DNA of 64,000 nucleotides, from assembly GCA_963727505.1 (NCBI GenBank), contig CAVSGP010000014.1, positions 32,001 through 96,000 on the forward strand, written 5' to 3'. This stretch comes from an uncultured Trueperaceae bacterium (GTDB lineage: Bacteria > Deinococcota > Deinococci > Deinococcales > Trueperaceae). The notes under the pieces were generated by a model that saw nothing but the letters and a program-made list of their open reading frames with translations, was not told where the DNA came from and ran no database searches. Positions 39,945 through 50,700 of this stretch are shown here, piece by piece. Position numbers and translations under genes: made by a program. The first letter of the stretch is position 1. Every line of letters starts with the position of its first letter.

Positions 39945-41776
39945 GGTACCTCCGGCCGGGCCTCGGGCCGGACGAGCGCGAGCCCATCAACGGAGCGTTC
40001 CCCGGCCACGGCCTTGCCGCCGTCGAGAAGGTCGCGGCAGGGCGGCAACCGCACGGTGGCAGGCTCGGGCGCGGCGAAGGCCCACACCTCGTCCCCCTGG
40101 TAGCGCCGGCGGTAGGCCAGCACGCGCGGCGGGTAGGCGGGCCCGCCCGCGTCAGGGTCGGTGCTGGGCAGGGGAGCCAGACCGCCACGGCGCAACACCG
40201 CCATGGACCGTCGAAGGCCGATGAGGAAGCGCAGGTGATCGCGCAGCTCCAGGTCCCACGCGTTCCGGTCCCAGGGGAAGGTGCCGCGGCACATCGGGTC
40301 CCCGCGGAAGTCCTGGTATCCGTTGGCCTGGTCGAGCCCGATCTCGTCACCGTAGTACACGCTAGGACTGCCGGGAAAGGTGAGCAGGACTCCGTACGCC
40401 AGCTTCAGCCGCTCGCGGTCGCCCCGAAGGCGCCACAGGGCGCGCGGGATGTCGTGCGAGGAGACGAGCGTCAACATGGTCTGGCGCACGCCCAGTGGGA
40501 GGGCGGCGTAGTGGTCCCAGAGGGCGTGCCAGGCGGCGGCGGCCGTGACCTCCGCCGGTGAACCGTACACGTCGCTGCCGCACAGCCAGTCCATGACGGG
40601 GTGGGTGAAGCCGGCGTAGTGCATGGAACCGTCCAGCGTGTGGCGCCGCAGGGTCGGGACGGTGTCGAACGACAGCTCGCCGAAGACCCAGGCCTCCTCG
40701 TTCTCCTCGCGGGCAACGCGGTGGACGGTCCTCAGCAGGGCTTCGTTCGCGCGCGCCGTGCCGCCCTCGCCGATCTGGTGGGCGACGTCCAGGCGCCAGC
40801 CATCGATGTCGCGCCGGAGCCAGTGCCGCACCGGGGCGCGAGGCCCCTCCAGGAAGCGCTCGCGCGCCAGCGGCGAGGCGTAGTCGATCTTGGGCAGGGT
40901 GTGAACGTCGTAGAACGCGGCGTAGTCGCCACCGGGACGGAAGGTGAACATCTCGCGCTGTGGGGATGCGGGGTCCGAGAGTGCGGCAAGGAAGTCGGGG
41001 TGGCGGTGGCCGGTGTGGTTGAAGACCCCGTCCAGCACCAGCCGCATGCCGCGGGCGTGGAGGCCCTCCAGCAGAGCCTCGAAGGCGGTGTCGCCGCCGA
41101 GATGCGGATCGACGCGGAGGTAGTCGACGGTGTCGTAGCGGTGACTCGACTCCGCCTGGAAGATGGGGGTCAGATAGAGGGTCTCGATCCCGAGCTCGTG
41201 GAGCTCGTCGAGTGCCGCGACGATGCCCCACAGGTCACCGCCGTAGATCTCGAGCTGACCCTGGCGCGGGTCGGGCGGCGCGCTCCAGGCCTTGGCCACG
41301 ATCGGCCGGCCGTCGAACGTCCACTCGCCGCTCGCCGGCGCGGGGTCGGCGCTTCCCCTGCGGAAGCGGTCGGGGAAGATCTGGTAGACGGTCGTGCCGA
41401 CCGCCCACTCCGGTACGGTGGGTTGGGCCGGCAGGTGGAAGAAGCGATCGTAGCGGGGCAGCACGCTCTCGACGCCGTGGCTCGCCAGGTAGCCGTGGGG
41501 AAGCCGGAAGACGTAGCGGAGCGGCGACGCATGCATGCCTACACTCGCCTCTAGGCCCCCGTCGACTCGTCGAAGGGGGAGGCGCGCGAGCTCGCCGTGA
41601 TGCTCGACCGTCAGCCAGCCGTTGGGCGCGTCCGTGCGTACGCGCAGGCGGACCGTCTGGCCCAGCTCGGGCCGCAGCGGCTCGATGCAGAACGGCTCCC
41701 AGTCGTGGTAGGCGTCACCCGCTGGCGCGGCGGTGTCCCGGGGCGGGATGCGACGGCTCCGCGGAGCGCCGCTCAC
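39941..41776 (-). CDS. Cytoplasmic GH13 maltodextrin glucosidase/neopullulanase-like enzyme
   Basis: YQIFPDRF, GGDLWG, DGVFNH, DGWRLDVA, FGE, SSHD and YYGDEIG motifs. GTG start at 41776 overlaps the malG stop. Confidence 0.9.
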   Translation of the reverse strand: MSGAPRSRRIPPRDTAAPAGDAYHDWEPFCIEPLRPELGQTVRLRVRTDAPNGWLTVEHHGELARLPLRRVDGGLEASVGMHASPLRYVFRLPHGYLASHGVESVLPRYDRFFHLPAQPTVPEWAVGTTVYQIFPDRFRRGSADPAPASGEWTFDGRPIVAKAWSAPPDPRQGQLEIYGGDLWGIVAALDELHELGIETLYLTPIFQAESSHRYDTVDYLRVDPHLGGDTAFEALLEGLHARGMRLVLDGVFNHTGHRHPDFLAALSDPASPQREMFTFRPGGDYAAFYDVHTLPKIDYASPLARERFLEGPRAPVRHWLRRDIDGWRLDVAHQIGEGGTARANEALLRTVHRVAREENEEAWVFGELSFDTVPTLRRHTLDGSMHYAGFTHPVMDWLCGSDVYGSPAEVTAAAAWHALWDHYAALPLGVRQTMLTLVSSHDIPRALWRLRGDRERLKLAYGVLLTFPGSPSVYYGDEIGLDQANGYQDFRGDPMCRGTFPWDRNAWDLELRDHLRFLIGLRRSMAVLRRGGLAPLPSTDPDAGGPAYPPRVLAYRRRYQGDEVWAFAAPEPATVRLPPCRDLLDGGKAVAGERSVDGLALVRPEARPEVP

Positions 41777-43089
41777 TCCTTGACCGCCCCCGCCGTGTAG
41801 CCCGACACGAAGTAGCGCTGGAAGCCGTAGAAGACCGCCAGGATGGGGAGCGACCCGAGCACGCTGGCCGCGGCGAACACCCCCCAGCGGGTGCTGAAGC
41901 TCCCGGTGGTGAAGTTGTAAAGGCCGATGCCCACCGTCCACGATTTTACGCCGGTCAGCACCAGGCTGGCCAGCACGAACTCGGAGTAGGTGCCTACGAA
42001 CTGCAACAGGAAGATGAACACGAACATCGGCGCGGAGAGGGGCAGCAGCACGCGCAGGAAGGCCTGGAAACGGGAGGCACCATCGATCATGGCAGCCTCC
42101 TCCAGGCTCGGGCTCAGCGACTCCACGTACCCCTTGAACACCCAGGTGCCGAAGCTGATCACGCCCCCGGAGTAGGCCAGCAACAGGCCGGAGAAGGTGT
42201 TGATGAGGTCGAGGGTGCTGAGCAGGTAGTAGATGGCGATGAGGGCGAGGAATCCGGGGAACATCTGGATGAACACGAACACCATCAACATGCCGTAGCG
42301 TCCCGGGAAGCGGAAGCGCGCGAAGGCGTAGCCGGCCGTGGCGGTCAGCAGCACCGCCAGCATGCCGGTGGCTCCCGACAACAGCAGCGTGTTCCTGGCC
42401 CACAGCACGAAGTGAGACTCGGTGCTCATGCCCGTGAACTGCGACGGCGACAACGCCATCAGCCCTCCGAAGAGCAGGACGGCGAAGGCGAGCAGGGTAC
42501 GGTTCTGCCAGCGTTCGAGGCGGTGCGCGCCGGGGGCCCAACGCCGCCCCAGGCCGAGGGCCAGGGCACCGATGAGCAGCGCCGCCAGCACCGCGATCAG
42601 GACCCACTGCCAGGCGGGCACGACCACACCCTCGATCAGCTTGGCGTAGTTCTCGAGGCTGGCCTGCGACAGGTCGGGCAGGACCTTGGCTCGGACGAGC
42701 AGGTTGCTGCTCTTGATCTGGCGGAAGCTGAACAGGTTGTTGCGGGGGTCGAAGGAAGCGCCGACGACCTGCAGCACCGGGTAGTACACGACCACGATCA
42801 GGATCCACAGCCCCAGGTGCGTCACGCTCTGCCGGAACAGCGGCCACGGGGTGCGGGTCCGTCCGCGCGAGCGGTTGGCGAGGGAGGTGTAGATCAGGCT
42901 GTAGGCCAGCAGCGCCACCACGGCGCCGACCAGCGACAGCGTGACGGTGAGCCAGCCGTTCGCGATGAAGACGCTGCCGAACGCCTTGCTGTGCGGCACG
43001 CTCGCTACCATCGAGCGGAACAGGAGAGCGCTGTAGACGAGCACGGCGAGGCCGATCAGCCAGCCGACCGCGATGCGCGCGAGCCTCAT
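41773..43089 (-). CDS. malG: Maltodextrin ABC permease, MalG-like
   Basis: AGYAFARFRFPGR, QMFP and LEEAAMIDGAS (EAA) motifs. Confidence 0.85.
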   Translation of the reverse strand: MRLARIAVGWLIGLAVLVYSALLFRSMVASVPHSKAFGSVFIANGWLTVTLSLVGAVVALLAYSLIYTSLANRSRGRTRTPWPLFRQSVTHLGLWILIVVVYYPVLQVVGASFDPRNNLFSFRQIKSSNLLVRAKVLPDLSQASLENYAKLIEGVVVPAWQWVLIAVLAALLIGALALGLGRRWAPGAHRLERWQNRTLLAFAVLLFGGLMALSPSQFTGMSTESHFVLWARNTLLLSGATGMLAVLLTATAGYAFARFRFPGRYGMLMVFVFIQMFPGFLALIAIYYLLSTLDLINTFSGLLLAYSGGVISFGTWVFKGYVESLSPSLEEAAMIDGASRFQAFLRVLLPLSAPMFVFIFLLQFVGTYSEFVLASLVLTGVKSWTVGIGLYNFTTGSFSTRWGVFAAASVLGSLPILAVFYGFQRYFVSGYTAGAVKE

Positions 43090-44447
43090 CGCGCTTCCTC
43101 CTTGAACGCGCCGGTGATGTTGAAGTTGATGAGGCTGATGCCCACGGTCACCACGAAGATGATCAAGGCGATCGCCGACCCGAGCCCGTAGGCCGAGCCG
43201 CCCTCAGCGCGGAAGGCGGTCTTGTAGGCCCAGGAGATCAGGATGTCGGTGGAGTTGGCGGTCGCCATCCCGCCGGGGATCGCCGGGCCCCCCTGCGGGA
43301 GCAGCAGGTAGATCAGGTTGAAGTTGTTGAAGTTGAAGGCGAACGACGTCAGCAACACCGGGGTGAAGGCGGTCCTCACCAGCGGCAGGGTGATGCCGCG
43401 GAAGGCCTGCCAGGGGCTGGCGCCGTCGATCTGCGCCGACTCGTAGAGCTCGTTGGGGATGGTCGACAGCGCTCCCAGGGTGGCGGTCATCATGAAGGGG
43501 AAGCCCAGCCACAGGTTCACCAGGATGATGCCGAGCTTGGCCCAGTCGGTCTGCGTGAGCCAGGGGATGGAGTAGATGCCGAGCAATCCCAGCAGCCGAT
43601 TGACGGCGCCGAACTGCTGGTTGAGCAGCGCGTTCCACATCTGGATGGTGATGATGTTCGGCAGCGCCCAGCTGATGATCAGGGCGGTCCGGTAGAAGTT
43701 GCGGAAGCGCAACTTGGCGTCGTTGAGCACCACGCCCAGAATCAGCCCCATCAGGGCCGTGAGGAGCACGCTGGCGGCGGCGAACACCACGTTCCAGCGG
43801 AACACCGGCCACAGCGAGGTGGCGGCGTTGGACAGGATGTACGTGAAGTTCTTGAAGCCGATGAAGCGGTAGTTGCTGATCCTCGCGGCGTAGAGCTGGC
43901 CTGCCTGCGTCGAGGGAGCGAACGCCGGAACGCGGTTCAGGGTGAGCGTCATCCGCCCTTCGCCCGTCACCGTCTGCCGCGCCCGGTCGTTGCCCCGGTA
44001 CACCTCCAGCTGGGCGCCCACGCAGCTGTCGCCGCACTGGAGCGCCTGGCTCGGATCGGAGGGGAAGAGCAGGGTGTCGGGCGCAACGAACGTCACGGCG
44101 GTCTCGGTGGCGCGATCGGGCCGCCCGTAGTTCTTGCCGGAGAAGTTCGTGAATGCCAGCGCCATCGTCAGCACGATGGGGTAGACGGTGAAGGCGAGCA
44201 GGAAGAGGGTGGCCGGAAGCAGATAATACCAGTCGGAAAGGAACGGGAAGCGTCGCCGGAACAGCGCCAGCATGGGCAGCAACGCCAGCCCGGTGGTGAG
44301 CAGCAGAAGATAGTTCGGCAGGTCGTGAACCCACACGCGGACGAGCCAGAACAGCAGCACGCCCACCACCACCGCCAGGCCTACGGCAGCGGTGAGGGTG
44401 GCCAGTGCGAGCAGCAGACCGCGGAATCCCGGGGGGTGTCGGGTCAT
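43086..44447 (-). CDS. malF: Maltodextrin ABC permease, MalF-like
   Basis: NLWLGFPFMM, LYESAQIDGA, FAFNFNNFNLIYLL and TDILISWAY motifs. Confidence 0.88.
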   Translation of the reverse strand: MTRHPPGFRGLLLALATLTAAVGLAVVVGVLLFWLVRVWVHDLPNYLLLLTTGLALLPMLALFRRRFPFLSDWYYLLPATLFLLAFTVYPIVLTMALAFTNFSGKNYGRPDRATETAVTFVAPDTLLFPSDPSQALQCGDSCVGAQLEVYRGNDRARQTVTGEGRMTLTLNRVPAFAPSTQAGQLYAARISNYRFIGFKNFTYILSNAATSLWPVFRWNVVFAAASVLLTALMGLILGVVLNDAKLRFRNFYRTALIISWALPNIITIQMWNALLNQQFGAVNRLLGLLGIYSIPWLTQTDWAKLGIILVNLWLGFPFMMTATLGALSTIPNELYESAQIDGASPWQAFRGITLPLVRTAFTPVLLTSFAFNFNNFNLIYLLLPQGGPAIPGGMATANSTDILISWAYKTAFRAEGGSAYGLGSAIALIIFVVTVGISLINFNITGAFKEEAR

Positions 44448-44543
44448 CGGGGTCCTCCAGAGGGGCGGGCGGCGTACGGGAAGCGCCCCCGACCGGCGAT
44501 CGGCCGGGCCGGGGGCGCTCGGAGTCCGTGCGGGGCCGGCGCG

Positions 44544-45746
44544 CTACTGCGCGCCGGCGATGCCCTTCTGGATCTGCGAAACGAAGTCGCTGGCGATCTG
44601 GGTGGTGTTCGAGTCCTGCTTGGCCTCGGCGAGCTTCAGGGCGTCGGCCATCGGGCCCCAGACCTTGCCCATCGCCGGCACGTTGGGCATCGGGGTGCCC
44701 AGAGCGATGGCCTCCGAGAAGCCCTTGACCACCGGATCGGACGAGAGTTGCGCGAGGGCGCTCTTGGAGACCGGGATGCGGCCGCCGGCCTGGTTGAACG
44801 ACACCTGTGACTCCGCCGTCACCAGGAACTTGGCGAAGTTGACCGCGGCGATCTTGTCCCGGGAATAGGCGTTGACGACGACGCCCTGCACGCCCACGAA
44901 CGGGCCCCACGGCTGCTTGGTGCCTGGAGGGGTCGGGAACGGCATGACGCCGAAGTCGAGGTTCGCCTTCTTGTAGTCGCCCAGTGCCCACGGGCCGTTG
45001 AGGATCATGGCCAGCGCGCCGTCCTTGAAGGCCCCGTCGGCCACTCCGTAATCGACACCGTCGGGGACGAGCCCGTAGGTGTAGCGGAGGTCCTTGATGA
45101 AGTCGAGCGCCTTGGCGCCGGCCGCTCCGCCCATCCCGATGTCGGAGGTGTTGGCGCTGCCGTCGGCGTTCTTGCCGAAGACGTAGGCGCCCTCCATGCG
45201 GAAGAATCCGTAGTTGAAGTAGGCGTCGGTCTCGTTGTAGAGGAAGCCGAAGGTGTCGCCGGTGGTGTGCTTCTTGGCGATCGCCAGGAACTCGTCCCAG
45301 TTCTTGGGCGGGTTCGGAACGAGCTTCTTGTTGTAGATGAGCGCCACGGACTCGGCGCTCATCGGCATGCCGAAGAGCTTGCCTCCGTAGGTGAAGGCGT
45401 CCACGGCGACGGACTCGAGCCCGGAGACGTAGTTCTGGGTGACATACTTGTCGAGCGGCTCCAGCACCCCGGCGACCGCCATCTCGCCCATCTGATCCTG
45501 TGGGAGGGTCACGACCAGATCGGGCCCCTTGCCCTGCGGCGCGCCAAGGATGAACTTCTGCTTGATGTCCGCGAACGGCACCGTGACGATGTTGACCGTG
45601 GTGCCGCTGGCTTTCTGGAAGCTCTGGGCGGCCGACTGAAGCCACTGGAGCTCGGGTCCGCCGAAATGGGTCCACACGGTGATGGTGCCTTGCGCGAAAA
45701 CGGATCCGAACAAGGCCAAGAAGAGCGTGAACAGCACCTTCCTCAT
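44544..45746 (-). CDS. malE: Maltose/maltodextrin-binding protein
   Basis: Signal peptide; GPD, ALIYNK, NGPW, PFVGVQG and PMPNVPAMGKVW motifs. Confidence 0.88.
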   Translation of the reverse strand: MRKVLFTLFLALFGSVFAQGTITVWTHFGGPELQWLQSAAQSFQKASGTTVNIVTVPFADIKQKFILGAPQGKGPDLVVTLPQDQMGEMAVAGVLEPLDKYVTQNYVSGLESVAVDAFTYGGKLFGMPMSAESVALIYNKKLVPNPPKNWDEFLAIAKKHTTGDTFGFLYNETDAYFNYGFFRMEGAYVFGKNADGSANTSDIGMGGAAGAKALDFIKDLRYTYGLVPDGVDYGVADGAFKDGALAMILNGPWALGDYKKANLDFGVMPFPTPPGTKQPWGPFVGVQGVVVNAYSRDKIAAVNFAKFLVTAESQVSFNQAGGRIPVSKSALAQLSSDPVVKGFSEAIALGTPMPNVPAMGKVWGPMADALKLAEAKQDSNTTQIASDFVSQIQKGIAGAQ

Positions 45747-46016
45747 GCGGATACCTCCCCTGGGGGATCTCCTGGGAGATCCAATTTTCGAAACTACACG
45801 ACGATACCAGTTCGAGCGTGGTGCGCCGTGTGGTGTTTTCCAGTGTTTTCGGAATCCTTGGCCAATCGCGAGCTGCGTTCGCGGCCGGGGTACCGGGGCG
45901 GCGCCGGAACCGAGGAGGGACGACGTACACTACCCGTCGCGTATGGACGGCGGAGGCAGACGACGTGAGCCCGACCCGATGGTCGGCGGGATAACGCTCG
46001 GAGAGGCGCGCCGCTC

Positions 46017-46829
46017 GTGGTGCGGCGCCTGGAGGCCGCCGGCGTGGACAGCCCCGGACCCGAGGCGTTGGCGCTGCTCGAGGCGGCCACCGGGCTCGAG
46101 CGCAGCGCCCTGATGCTGAACCCGGAACGCGAGCTGGCAGACGAGGAGAGGGTGCGCCTGCTCGACACCCTGCGTCGCCGCGTGTCGCGCGAACCCCTGC
46201 AGCACATCCTGGGCACCGCGCCCTTCTACGGGCTCGAGCTGGCGGTCGACGCCACCGTGCTCGTGCCTCGACCGGAGACCGAGCGACTGGTGGAGCTGGT
46301 CCTGGATGCGCTGCGCGGCGTCGAGCGGCCGCATGTGCTCGATGTCGGGACGGGCTGCGGTGCCATCGCGCTGGCGCTGCGCGCGGAGCGCTCCGATGCC
46401 GAGGTGGTCGCGAGCGACATCGCGCCCGAGGCGGTCGCGCTGGCACGCCGCAACGCCGGTCGCCTCGCGCTTCCGGTCCGGGTGCTGCGCTCGGACCTGC
46501 TCGCCGAGGCCGACGTCGCAACCGTGGCGGCCGGCTGCGACGTCCTGGTCGCGAACCTACCCTACCTGCCGCTCTCCGACGCGGACGCGCTGCAACCCGA
46601 GGCCGGGCACGACCCGGCGCTGGCGCTCTACGCCGGCAAGGACGGGCTCGGCGTCGCTCGCAGGCTCATCCGGCAGGCCGCCCGCCTGCTGCCGAGCGGG
46701 GCGCTGCTGGCGCTGGAGCTCGACCCGCGCAATGTCCGCAAGGCGCTCGTCGAAGTGGCGGCGTGGCGCGACGCGCGTGTGGAGCGCGACCTCCCGGGTC
46801 GAGAGCGCTACCTGCTGGCCCGTCGTTGA
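46017..46829 (+). CDS. prmC: Release factor glutamine methyltransferase (5' end possibly frameshifted)
   Basis: REPLQHILG, LVPRPETERLVE, DVGTGCGAIAL and ANLPY (NPPY variant) motifs. Confidence 0.9.
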   Translation: MVRRLEAAGVDSPGPEALALLEAATGLERSALMLNPERELADEERVRLLDTLRRRVSREPLQHILGTAPFYGLELAVDATVLVPRPETERLVELVLDALRGVERPHVLDVGTGCGAIALALRAERSDAEVVASDIAPEAVALARRNAGRLALPVRVLRSDLLAEADVATVAAGCDVLVANLPYLPLSDADALQPEAGHDPALALYAGKDGLGVARRLIRQAARLLPSGALLALELDPRNVRKALVEVAAWRDARVERDLPGRERYLLARR

Positions 46830-46859
46830 GCCGTTGGGGTTGCGGGCGTGGGCCCTGCG

Positions 46860-47498
46860 TCAGGCGCCGTGGTCGCGCGACGCGCGCTCGGCCCCGCCGC
46901 CCTCGCGGGGGCCCTGCCGCAACGGCGGGACCTCCGGGAAGTCCGGTGCGGCATCGAGCGGAGAATTGGAGCGCGGATGGCTGGGCCCGCGCCGTCCCGG
47001 AGGGTGCGTTCGTTCGGCGCGGCCCGGGGGGAGTACGCTCGCGAGCAGCAGGAGCGCGGCTCCGATCACGATGCTGGCGTCGGCGACGTTGAACACCGCG
47101 AAGTCGAAGCCGCGTACGTGGAAGTGGATGAAGTCCACCACGTAATGCAGGCGGAACCGGTCGATCATGTTGCCCACGGCGCCGGCGAGCACCAGCGCCA
47201 GGGCGACGCGCGTGAGCGCCGCCAGGCGTCGGCCGCTGCGCAGCAGGTACAGAGCGATCACCAGCGCTACCAGCGCCGATAGGATGCCGAGCATGACCGT
47301 GCCGTCGACGGTGAGCGGCCCGAGTTGCACGTTGAGGTTGCGGAGCATGCCGAAGGCGGCGCCGTTGTTACGGATGTGCACGATGGAGAAGCCGAGGCCG
47401 ACCGACACCTCGCGGCTCCCCTCCGGCAACGCCGTCACGACCCACGCCTTGCTGATCTGGTCCGCGGCGACGAGCAGGGCCGCTAGGAACAATGCCAT
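46860..47498 (-). CDS. lspA: Lipoprotein signal peptidase II
   Basis: DQISK, NNGAAFG, GAVGNMIDR, VVDFI and FNVAD motifs. ATG 47498 lies 7 nt after TATACT. Confidence 0.95.
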   Translation of the reverse strand: MALFLAALLVAADQISKAWVVTALPEGSREVSVGLGFSIVHIRNNGAAFGMLRNLNVQLGPLTVDGTVMLGILSALVALVIALYLLRSGRRLAALTRVALALVLAGAVGNMIDRFRLHYVVDFIHFHVRGFDFAVFNVADASIVIGAALLLLASVLPPGRAERTHPPGRRGPSHPRSNSPLDAAPDFPEVPPLRQGPREGGGAERASRDHGA

Positions 47499-47711
47499 CC
47501 CCGACAGTATAAGCGCGTCGGGCACGGCGGGCGGGGCGGCGCGCCACGTGCTCCGGCGGCGCCAGCTGCCGCTCCCGTTGCGCGGTGTTCCGCGCGCCCC
47601 GAGGGGTCCGGGACCCGCTCCTGGACCCTTCGTTATAGTGGGGCGCATACGTGCAAGCGTTTGCCGGCCCGGGCCCTGGTGCGCCGACGGGCCGTTGAGA
47701 GGCGGCAGCAC

Positions 47712-50700
47712 ATGCCAGCAACCCTGGAACAGGTACGCAAGCGGATCCAGCGCTCCGCCAGCCAGGAAGGCCCCCTCCTGACGCGGTTCGCCGAGATCCT
47801 CTTCGACAAGGCCGACGACGCCTTCCTGGAGGAGTTCGACTCCGACAGCCTCTTCGCCATGACCGTTGACGGGCTCCACTTCCTGGGGGGCGGCCTCGAG
47901 GACGGCCCCCGCGTGCAGGTGTTCAACCCGCGGTTCGAGACCGACGGTTGGGACGCGCCCTACACCGTGATCCGCTTGCTGCTCGACGACCGGCCCTTCA
48001 TCGTCGACTCGGTGCGGGCCGAACTGAGCCGGCATGGCGTCGAGCTCTTCCACCTGCTGCACCCGATCGTCGTACCGGTGCGCGACGCCTCGGGGGCTGT
48101 GGTCGGGCTGGACGTCAAGGGAGAGCGGGAGCAGCGCGAGGCGGTCGAGATGTACTTCGTCGAGCGCCTCGAGGACGAGGAACAGCGGGCCGATCTCGCC
48201 GCCGCCGTGACGCAGGTGCTGCAGGACGTCCTGCTCGCGACCGGCGACTACCAGGCGATGCGCGAGCGGGCGCTGGCGATGCGAGAGCATGTGGCCGGGC
48301 TGCGGAAGAAGAGCGCGCAGGGCTATCATCGCGATCGCGGCGAGGAGCTGGAGGAGTACGGCGCCTTCATGGAGTGGCTCGACGACGAGAACTTCGTGTT
48401 CCTCGGCTACCGCGAGTACGACATCAAGGTGGTCGGCGGGGTGCGCTCGTTGCAGGTCACGCCGGGCAGCGGTCTAGGCATCCTGCGCAATACCGAGACC
48501 AGCGCCTACGACGAGGCGGTGCCCATCGCCGATCTCCCCGAGGGGTTGCGGGAGCGCGTGACCGGCGGCCGCGTGTTCGTGGTCACCAAGACCAACGCCG
48601 AGGCCACCGTGCACCGGCCCGCCCGCATGGATTACATCGGTATCAAGAAGCTCTCCGACAGCTGGCAGGTGATGGGCGAGCACCGCTTCCTGGGCCTGTT
48701 CACCTCCAAGGCCCACTCCACACCGGTCGAGGACATCCCGATCCTGCGGCGCAAACTGCGGCAGGTGCTCGAGCTCGACGACGCGCTTCCCGGCTCCCAC
48801 GACTACAAGGGGATCGTGGCGGTGTTCAACAGCATGCCGCGCGAGGAGCTCTTCTGGTCGGACGCCGAGCAGCTTCATCGCGACATCCGCACCATCCTCG
48901 GGCTCGAGCAGGAGCGCGGCGTGCGCGTGACGCTGCGCCCCGACCCGCTGGGTCGAGGCATCGGCGTGATGGTGATCATGCCGCGCGAGAGCTTCAACGC
49001 CGAGGTGCGGCGCACCGTGCAGCGCTTCCTCGCCCGCAAGCTCGCCGCCGACCACGTCGACTACAACCTGGCGATGGGCGAGGACCAGGCCCAGGTCCGC
49101 TTCCACTTCTTCTTCACCACCGGACTGCGGCCCGACGACATCGACCTCAAGGGGCTGGAGCGCGAGGTCGCCGAGCTCGCGCGGAGCTGGCGCGACGAGC
49201 TGCGCGAGCGGCTGTTGGCCGCCCATGGTGCGCGCGAGGGTCGCAAGCTGGCCGAGCGCTACGCGGGCGCCTTCGACCCCCGCTACACCGCCGATACCGG
49301 CGCCGCCCTGGCGGTGCGCGACATCGCCAACCTCGAGAGGCTCGGCGAGGACACGATGCTGGCCGACGTCCTCAACCCGCCCGAGGAGCGCGGGGAGGAC
49401 GCTGCCAGCCTCGTACGCATCTACCACCACGGGCACGGCATGGCACTCTCCGACGTGCTCCCCGTGCTCGAGAACGTCGGCTTCCGGGTGATCGAGCAGG
49501 TGCCCTACATGCTCACTCCCGAAGGCGGCAAGCGCGGCATCGAGGTGTTCCGCGTGCACGACGCCGAGCGTCGCGCGCTGGACGTACGCCGCCATCGCGA
49601 GCGGCTCGTCGACGCCCTCGAGGGCCTGCTGCTGGGCCGCGCCGAGAACGACCGCCTGAACCGGCTGGTGCTGCAGGCCGGACTCACCGTGCGCCAGGTG
49701 GCGCTGCTGCGCGCCTACCAGATGGATTTCTCGCAGCTCAACGCGGTGACCAGCCGCAGGTTCATCAACGACACGCTTCTGGCGCACCCGTCGGTGGCGG
49801 CGGACCTGGTCGCGTACTTCGAGGCGCGCTTCGACCCCGCGCGCGAGGAAGGACGCCACGAGCGCATGGAGGCCGCCCGGCAGGCGGTGCTCTCAGGGCT
49901 GGCCAAGGTGCGCTCGCTGACGGAAGATCGCACCTTGCGCGGCCTGCTCGATCTGATGGAGGCCACGGTCCGCACCAACTACTTCCTCGACAAGGACTAC
50001 ATCGCCTTCAAGCTCGCCTCCGGACAGGTGGCCAGCATGCCCGATCCCCGGCCGCTCTACGAGATCGCGGTGGCCGGCCTCGGCGTCGAGGGCGTACACC
50101 TCCGCGGCGGAAAGGTGGCGCGCGGCGGCATCCGCTGGAGCGACCGCCCCGACGACTTCCGTACCGAGGTCCTGGGGCTCATGAAGACGCAGATGACCAA
50201 GAACGCCGTCATCGTGCCGGTCGGCTCCAAGGGCGGCTTCGTGCTCAAGCGGGCGCCCGCCGGCCGCGACGCGCTGCGCGCCTACGTCCGCGAGCAGTAC
50301 CAGGTGTTCATCCGCGGCCTGCTCGATCTCACGGACAACCGCGTCGACGACCGGGTGGTCCACCCCGAAGGACTCGTCATCTACGACGAGGACGACCCCT
50401 ACCTCGTCGTCGCGGCCGACAAGGGCACCGCGACGTTCTCCGACCTGGCGAACGAGACCGCCGCCGAGTACGACTACTGGCTGGGCGACGCCTTCGCGTC
50501 GGGCGGCTCGCACGGCTACGACCACAAGGTCATGGGCATCACCGCGCGCGGGGCCTGGGAGTGCGTGGCGCGCCACTTCGACGAGCTGGGCGTCGACGTC
50601 TTCGAGGACACCTTCAGCGTGGTGGGGATCGGCGACATGTCCGGTGACGTCTTCGGCAACGGCATGCTCTACACCGACCGCATCCAGCTCAAGGCGGCCT

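Noticed and set aside
39941..42847. 968-aa fusion ORF including the GH13
   Set aside because: The N-terminal 357 codons are an off-frame overlap with malG; the real gene starts at GTG 41776.
43204..46521. Very long alternative ORFs (1105 aa here; also 47948-50647, 49893-52496, 2850-4931, 37980-40103)
   Set aside because: These are Arg/Ala/Pro-rich shadow frames of real genes, typical of high-GC DNA, with no recognisable motifs.
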